DNA of 64,000 nucleotides. It comes from Paraspadella gotoi. Taxonomy: Eukaryota; Animalia; Chaetognatha. The stretch spans positions 9,541,157-9,605,156 of the forward strand of contig CM119264.1 in NCBI GenBank assembly GCA_051294375.1, in the 5' to 3' direction. Numbering within the stretch: the stretch's first letter is position 1; the number at the start of each line of letters is the position of its first letter. The notes beneath the pieces are model-generated. The model had not been told where the DNA came from. It searched no databases and saw only the letters and a program-made list of their open reading frames with translations. Shown one piece after another: positions 52,927 to 64,000 of the stretch. The translations under genes and the position numbers were made by a program.

Positions 52927-54997
52927 TCCTTCTAAGTACTTGGCCACACCATCACTGTCGGTCGCGTTTCGGGCGGTGATTGATTTCCTTTTTTCGTGAT
53001 TGGTTATTTGTCCGTTAGCTGGACCATTTGTTCTTAAAAAACTCTGATTGGCTAGAGAAACTTGCCCCTCTCATTGGTCAATTCTACTTAAGATAAAAAA
53101 AAACGAAAGATGGAACGGCGAGTACTATGGCGCCGCGTGGGGGAGGAGGCGGCACCGAGAAAAAAAAAAGACCATTTGCTTTCTTTGGGAACAGGGCCCA
53201 GAGAGAGAGAGAACGAGCAGAGAGAAGAGGAGAGAGTGAGAGAGAGAGAAAAGATGAGACGGAGAGGGAGGAGGAGGAAGGAAGAGGGGAGAGAAGGAGA
53301 GAGGGAGGAGGGGAGGAGGGAGGGGAGAGGGAGGAGAGGGAGAGGAGAAAGAGGAAGAGGAGAGGAGGAGGAGTGGGAGGAGAGGGGGAAGAGAGGGAAG
53401 AGAGGGGAGAGGAGGGAGAGAGGGAGGGAGATGGGAGAGAAGAGAGAGAGGGAAGGGGGAGGAGCGGAGGAGAAAGGAAAGCGGGAGGAGAGGAGAGGGG
53501 AGAGCGGGAGAGTGGAGGAGGAGGAGGGGGGGAGAAGTGGAGGAGAGGAGGAAGGGAGGGAAACGGTGGGTGAGACGGGGAGAGAGGGAGGAGGGGATGG
53601 GAGGAGAGGAGAAGAGGGAGGGAAAGGGGAGGAGGGGAGGGAGGGTGAAGAAGTGGTAGAGGAGGGAGGAGAGAGAGGGGGTGAAGGGAAAAGAAAAAGG
53701 GGAGGGGAGTAGGAAGAGGAGATAGGAAGGAAAGGAGGGGCGGAGGGGGGGAAGGGCGGAGGCGAGAGAAAGAGGGGGAGGGAGAGAGAGAGGTAGGAGG
53801 GAGGGAGTGGAGGAAGGGGACGGAGGGAGGCAGGAGAAGCAGGAGGGGAGGAGATGGAGGGGGGGGGGGAGGAACGGAGGTGAGGAGATGCAGAAGGGAG
53901 GGATGGCGCGGTGGGAGAAACGGGGAGAGGGGACGGGACGAATGGAAGAGAGCAAGGAGGGGCAGACGATGGACAGGGAGGGGGGGCAGAGGGCGGAGGT
54001 AAGGGGAGGGAGGGGGAGGGGGGGGGAGGAAACGGAGGGGTGGGAGCGGGCGAGGGAAGGGGGAGGAGAGGATGGGGCGAAGGGAGGGGAGAGGAGGAGC
54101 GGGGGGGGCGGGGAGGGAGAAGAGGAGGGGAGGAGGAGGGGAGGAGGGGGAGGAGGGGGACTGAGGGGAGGGAGGAGGGGAGAGGGAGACGGGGGAGGAG
54201 AAAGGGACGGTGGGGGGAGAAAGAAAGCGAGCGTGCGGAGGAGGGGAGAGGGAATGGGAGGAAGGAGGAGGCGGGCAGGGGGGAGGAAGGGAGGAGGAGG
54301 AAGGGAGATGGGAGGGGGGGAGGGATGAGAGGAGGGCGCAGGGGGGAAGAGAGAGGGGGGAAGGGGAGGGAGGCAGAGAGAGAGGAGGGAGGGGAGGGGG
54401 AAGGAGGGGGAGAGGGAGAAAGAGGAGAGGAGGGAAGGTGAAGGAGAGGGGAAGGAGAGAGCGGCGAGGGGGGGGAGGAGGGAGGGTGGAAGAGAAGAGG
54501 AGGAACGAGGAGGAAAAGGGGGGGGGGAAGAGGGAGGCGAGAGAGGGGGAGAAGAGCCGAGGAGACTCTCCGAAGAAGATAGCAAGAGGAGAGGGGAGGG
54601 GGAGGTAGGGGGGGGACGGGAGAGAGGGACGGAGAGGGGGGATAAGCGGGGGGAGGGAGAGTGGGGGGGGGGAGGCAGGGGGGGGTGAGAGGAGAGGGGG
54701 GAGAGGGGGGAGAGAACGGGAGAGGGGGAGGGAGGGAGGGGGGAGGGAGAGAACTCAGAAGGAAGAGAAGAGGGGAGAAGAGGAGGAGGAGTCGGAGAAG
54801 GGAAGGGAGGGAGGGCGAGCGGGAAGGAGGAGGAAGGGAGAAAGAGACGGGGGGGGAGGAGGAAGAACGGGAGGGGGAGAGGGGGAGAGAGAGGGAGGGA
54901 GGAGGAGGAGGAGGGAAGTGAGGGAGGAGGAGTGGGAGAGGAGGGAGGAGGAGAGATAAGAGAGGAGGAGAGAGAGAGAGAGGAGAGAGAAAAAAAA

Positions 54998-55072
<75 letters not shown>

Positions 55073-55419
55073 GAGGGTCTTGCAAACGAGATAATGGAAG
55101 GATAATAAACCTAACCATTGAGGAAGATTGGAATGCTTATCGCTTCCATGGAATCGAAAGAATGGAGTAGAAATTGTGACAAAAGCAATCACGTAACTGT
55201 AACGCCGAGATTTCTGTCCAGATTTACTTCATTTTTATTTCATTAAAGATGGAATAAAATTATTTAAAATAAAAAGGGAGGAAAAATAACGTAGGATAAA
55301 TAACGAAAGATCATACCTGTGATTTGAGAAATGCTGTCCTTTCCATGACAAAATCGAAAATGGATTTCCAATAGCCAGGGTTGTTTTTCTACTTCTATCC
55401 TGGTGTTTTCGAAATAATT
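52927..55419 (+). repeat. Duplication C, copy 2, with the GA tract replaced by ~1.9 kb of aperiodic G/A sequence (53200-55075)
   Basis: Flanks match copy 1; the interior is nearly all purine with no period. Confidence 0.88.
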
Positions 55420-55424
55420 TCACA

Positions 55425-55521
<97 letters not shown>

Positions 55522-55587
55522 TACTCCCTCTTACTCTCTATTGCATTAAATNNNNNNNNNNNNNNNNNNNNNNNNNTAATTTCACAA

Positions 55588-55671
<84 letters not shown>

Positions 55672-55702
55672 CTTACTCCCTCTTACTCTCTATTTGCATA
55701 AT

Positions 55703-58514
<2,812 letters not shown>

Positions 58515-59207
58515 CGATTCGACCGCTAGGAGTTTGGAGCAAAAGTCAACGAATTTCGTCAGGACAGAAGATTGTTGTCGTCGTTGTTGTTGTTGTTGAA
58601 TATTGAAACTGAGTCTCGAACGAAATTATGGTGCGGTTGGAAAGGGACGGATTTGAGGAGAACCGGCCTTTAACCTCCTCTCCCCCCTACACCCCCCCCC
58701 GCCCCATTTTGGCCCTTGACTCTGCGAAGGAGCAAAGTCGGGAGGCTGAATGAGAATTTGGTTGTAATTCCGCTCCTCTTATTGTTTTTCGAGTCCAGAA
58801 GGAGAAAAATGTGTGGAATTTTCTATTATGCAAACATGAGCCGGTTCTGTGTGTGTGAGGGATTGAAAGAAGAGAGGAAGAGAGAGGGTGAGAGGGAGAA
58901 AATTAAATTCCTGTAGTTAAAGATAATAGGATTCTTGAGGGAGAATGTAATACCTGAGCTTTGCGCATTCCGTTAATATGCACTTTTTCGCGTTAAGCAT
59001 TGCAGAAAAAGAAGTTTTGCTTAAGGTCATCGATTGATGAAGGCCCGCAACCAAATTCAATTATGCGCGATAACGTTTCAGGGGGCCCGGTTGGCGATAA
59101 TGGGGCAATTAGTTCGTCCACTCGGTTGATTAACGCTTCGAGCAAAAAGCTGTTAGGAAATGCATGAATATAAGACGAGAACGAAAGAGAGACTGAGAGG
59201 GGTAAAA

Positions 59208-59266
<59 letters not shown>

Positions 59267-59281
59267 GAAGAGAGAGAGAGA

Positions 59282-59323
<42 letters not shown>

Positions 59324-60054
59324 TTAGAGAGAGAGAGAGCGAGAGAGAGAGAGAAAATGAAAGAGAGAAACAGCGAGAGAGACCGAGATGGAGAGAGAGA
59401 CGAAGAACGGCCACACCCACAGGCTATTTCTCACAAGATGGGTTTTTAGTGGTAATAACGATCGGGCGGTGAAGTTGGAAACCTGGAACCGCGTATCTCT
59501 GTCCCATTCACTTTTACTATTTCCTCCTCGCTCTTCGTCTCTTATTTACTTTTTTTTTGTTTAAACTCTTAGACGCTTCAAATTTCTCTGTTTTCGATTT
59601 GTATAAATTATACTAATTATATTAATTATACTATAAATTATAGTCGGTATTTCTTCCCTTCCTTTTCCATATTAATTTTTGAAAATTGAGTGATCATCAG
59701 CTACTTACTACGAATTATAGAGACATGTCTTCCTTGTATTTTCGATTTTTCGCCCTTTTAGATATTTTCGTATATACTTTTTATATGCGTTTCCACCTAC
59801 TTACATTTCTAGGTTCATTGTCTGCTTCACCGTTTTTTAATTCTTTATTTTTTTTTCGCATGCTTTCCTCTTTTTTTTTGTAACTGTTCGTCATTTCTCC
59901 TATTCTCCTTTCCTTTCCTTTTCTCCTATTTTTATTTTCTCGTTCCTTCTTTCGATGACGCTTGGATCGTTTCTTTGTCGTTGACTCCTTTTTTCGTAGC
60001 TTTTTATATTTAAATTTAAATTATTCGAATTGCTTAATCATGCATACCTATGTA

Positions 60055-60143
<89 letters not shown>

Positions 60144-60310
60144 CATTATTATTTATTTTATTCTGATTTATGATTTATTCTCGCCTTTGTTTGTAATCTT
60201 TTCTTTCTTTTTCTTATCTTTTTTCTCTTGATTGTTTAATTTTTTAGAAAATTCAAAATTTGTAAATTTTAGATTCCTGTTGTCATTAAACTCCTAATTG
60301 TTTTCATTAA

Positions 60311-60353
<43 letters not shown>

Positions 60354-60521
60354 CTCTCTCTTCTCTAACCCTCCCTTCCCCAAGTTTTTATTATCTTTCT
60401 TTTTACGGTTGTTCCTCACGAAATAAAAGCGACTTTATTGGATTCGCCGTGTCGTTTTACTCCATCGGCGCCACCTGTTAGCAAGAGACAAAAAAAAGCG
60501 CAGTCATTTGACGAGAAAGAA

Positions 60522-60601
<80 letters not shown>

Positions 60602-61423
60602 AGAAATAAATTAGGCGAAAAAACGTAAAAAAAAAAGGGTCTTGTACAAACCTTGGTGCTGATTAACAAATAGCGATTTCTTCAGACATTTTTGTAACAA
60701 TGCAAAATAAAACATAATTTTTAATTGATAAATAGTTCAAGTCATTTTTATAGGGCGACCGGGCGATCACGTGGATGTTATTTTTGTTTTGCACCATAAA
60801 ATATAGAACTTCGATATTTGGGATATAACCTTTGAGCCAGACGGATGTCCTTCCGGTCCAACGAATGAAAATTTATTCATGTCCACGTTTTATTCATAAG
60901 AACCTCCCCAGCGAAAAATATGCATATAATATCAAACATTTTTCTCCTTGTCACTCTGTCAATATTTTAATATTTTGGAATTTTCTCAAATAATTTACAT
61001 CGGTTGTAACAAATTCATAAAATTGACGGTTGCAGGCGTCGCTCGATTTGTTAAGTAATAGTGAAAGGTTAAAAACTTCGAGTAAAAAAAAGAATCAAAT
61101 AAAAAGAATAAAAATAAAAACGAGAGCAGATGTTATGTGGAAAAAGTGGTTGTCTCCCTCTATTGCCAAAACGGTCCCCGAAGATATAATCTTTTGCCCT
61201 CAAAATTTCCAATTTTCGAGTGAAACGTTGAACTGATCTCGAAACTTGCTTTTTTTTAAAAAAATTTACATTTTGGCGTCAAGTTGTTTATGGAATTTAA
61301 AATTAAATTCTTTTTTATTTAAATCGCAATTTATAAATTTTTTTTAACGCAAGTTATTGAAACAGCTTAACGAAACCAAGAAAGATTTCTTTTGTAAAAA
61401 ATTGTAACGTATGAGCGAGGGGA
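58515..61423 (+). repeat. Duplication D, copy 2
   Basis: Colinear with 55703-58514; differences are mostly 1-bp indels and microsatellite length. Confidence 0.95.
60055..60152. repeat. (ATT)n microsatellite
   Basis: Trinucleotide run; noisier counterpart at ~57176-57270. Confidence 0.95.
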
Positions 61424-62214
61424 GTTTTTTGAAGTAGTATGGCCCTATTAATTCCATGGCTGAAAATATATTTTTTTCAATTAATTTAAGTACATTCTCA
61501 ATAAATGAAAAATAACAATAGGTTTTCAACGGATCTCAAGTGGGGAAAAATTGTCAGGAGCAGCAAGTTAACAATGACATGACTGAGTAGGGAACTTGCA
61601 AGAGGAGTACTAATCTTCTTAATCTGGATTGTCGCGGATTGTTCTATGAAGTAGATTAATTAATACCGTTTGAAATTTTTAAGCCACATCCCCTAACGTA
61701 GATAATTTTATTTTTCTCTAACAAGCGCTCAAAGTCAAATAAACTTTTTTACTTTTTGATAAAATGAAAAGTTCTACTAACAAAGATCGACAAATACAAT
61801 TTTTAATATAATACAAGAAAACTTAGTGTTTCGATCACGTTTGTAATTGTAAGTTCGACAGTTTTAAAAGTTCCGAGTTAATGAGAATTCAACCGTTACC
61901 TAAAAACTTTCCTAAAAATAAATTTAGGTTTTTTGCCAAAGGTCATCAACCCCTGGCGGGAAACGCGTTCACTCTCTGTAACTTAAACCAATTTTCGCAT
62001 TAACTCCCATCTCTTCTTCTCTCCTCTTTACTTTTCTTCCGACTGCTTTCCTCTCCTTCCTCTCCGTTTTCTCCTCCTCTTTCTACTTCTCTTCATTCTC
62101 TTCTTCCTCGTCCTCTTCTCTCTTCTTCTCCTTCCACTTACGCGACCTCCTCTAGTTTCTCTTCTTCTTTCCCATCACGATCCCCGCGTCGCTCGTTGCT
62201 AAGCGCGAACTCTC

Positions 62215-62265
<51 letters not shown>

Positions 62266-64000
62266 AACTCTGTTCTCTCCCAGTCGTCGTCCATGGAAAA
62301 GAACGAGCGCGAAAATCTCGTGTCCTAACTACGGCGCGACTTTCAACGATGGAAATAATATTGCAAACGACCAACAACAACAACGACGACAAAAGCGTTT
62401 TTGTTCCTCAAGAGTAAACTCTAAATTTTTTTTTTATTTATTTTTTTTTTTTAAAGGAGCAAGGATTAGAGGACTTTCTCGTTTGTATAACGGATTCTTT
62501 ATGAAAAGGTAAGAGAAAATAAAAGATATTTTTAAAGAAAATAATTAAAAAATCATGTTCACCAAAATAAATCTAAAGTCGCAATTCTTATAAAAAAAAT
62601 TGAATTAAGTATGTATATTTTTTTCACAGGTTTAAACATACTTCGAATAAAGCGAAAAGGATAATAAAGGATGTTTTACTTTTTTTTGGTCTTTTAGAGC
62701 TACATTGTTAAATTAAAAACGGCAAGTAACACAAACTTTAAACACATACTGAACAAGATGAAAACTCGTTCATCTAATTGTAGAGCCAAGTCAGCAGGCC
62801 AGTGGATCGGTTTTTTTTTTAAATCCTTTATTCTGTAATTCTACTTCTAATCGACTTCGCCTCGTAGTTGCTTTCGCTTTTAATCTTGAAATAATCGTGT
62901 TATTTTTTCGGGTGAAGCGATAATACTGCCTTGTCGTTTGCTTTTTCTATTTGAGATTGTCAAAAATATTTATCATTTTCTGAATAAAGAAATTTAGAAA
63001 TATTATATATTGGAGATATACGACAGATCTATGCTTGGCCATTTCGCTCGAATTTCTGACCGCTCCGTTGTTCTTCGGGAAATTAACAATTGGTCAATAA
63101 AAGGACGTTTGGCTGACATTCGCTGCATTCAGACGTCGTAAAAAGCTCGTCCCCTCAACTCTCTTTCTAATAACATGTTTTAAAATCTGTTGCTTTAAAT
63201 CTATATATATATATATATATATAATCTCGTTTCGTTTTCCTTCCTTTTTCTCCTTTTTTCTTTAACTTCTTCATTTTCCTTCTCACCATCTTGGTCCCAC
63301 TCTTCTGCCTCCGAATATTGAGGCCAATGTCTCGTTTAGATTTCACCGTATCCTTGGATTTAACCCTATTATCGGACGCATCTTCTCGTCGCTCAGTCGG
63401 TCTGTGTGTGTATGGGAATGTGCGCGTGTGTGCGAGTTTCCTTTAAACTTTAATAGTTATAAATCTAAAGCTATGATATATAAGTACTTACGATCGATCT
63501 CAGCCGGGACTAAAAAATGTTTTTGGTCTCGGACTTTTTGTTTTTGTTTTATTGTTTTTTTTTCTTTTCAGACTTAATTCCGTTGTGGTCCAAACAGATG
63601 CGTCCAGTGGAGGAAAGAAAAGGAGATTGTTAGCCAAACGATGGGGTCGTCGTTATCGTCGTTATTTTCGTCTTCGTTGTGATGGATGTGTTCTGGCTTT
63701 ATATCGAAATTAGTTTATACGTAAAGCAGGAAATGAAATCATTAGAAAAATATGGAAAATAGTTTTTATGTTTTAAAAATTTTTCTGAGACGACAAATTT
63801 CTGAAAAAGCCAAATTTTTACTCTTACTAATAATCCTTCAGTTCTCATTAAAACAATTAATTTTCTCGAAATGCTTCATCTTTTTGATCAACAAGACACT
63901 GTACTGAAGTAAATGAATTGACTTTTTATCGCCAAAAACAATTTATTTTGTACATAAGATAACTTCACAATCAGCGTTAAAACTATACGGTTAAAATTTG

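Noticed and set aside
53088-55118. 676-aa Pro/Ser/Leu-rich ORF and overlapping Gly/Glu/Arg ORFs
   Set aside because: Open only because a purine/pyrimidine tract lacks stop codons; the tract itself is probably a read artefact

Overview
Non-coding, AT-rich eukaryotic DNA, probably arthropod/insect intronic or intergenic sequence (inferred from composition only). It comes from a draft assembly that looks gap-filled with noisy long reads: five 25-N spacers, two large N gaps, and indel-rich near-identical duplicates. No convincing protein-coding gene, rRNA, tRNA or CRISPR array is supported; most ORF-track entries are translations of microsatellites or N runs. Roughly a quarter of the window is redundant: four direct duplications, two short gap-flanking duplicates, a 1.8-kb fold-back inverted repeat whose outer breakpoint coincides with a PacBio adapter-like 11-mer, and a 1.9-kb purine tract. 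The best biological signal is a 213-bp insertion (13437-13649) flanked by a perfect 14-bp target-site duplication. It forms an ~85-bp near-perfect hairpin centred on a minimal type I hammerhead ribozyme core, the signature of a Penelope-like retroelement terminus. Other signals: a ~1.4-kb TIR-bounded non-autonomous DNA transposon, a ~51-bp G-tract minisatellite, a decayed coding-like island with an HUH-like motif, and a few candidate regulatory or structured elements. I found no well-supported wholly novel system.
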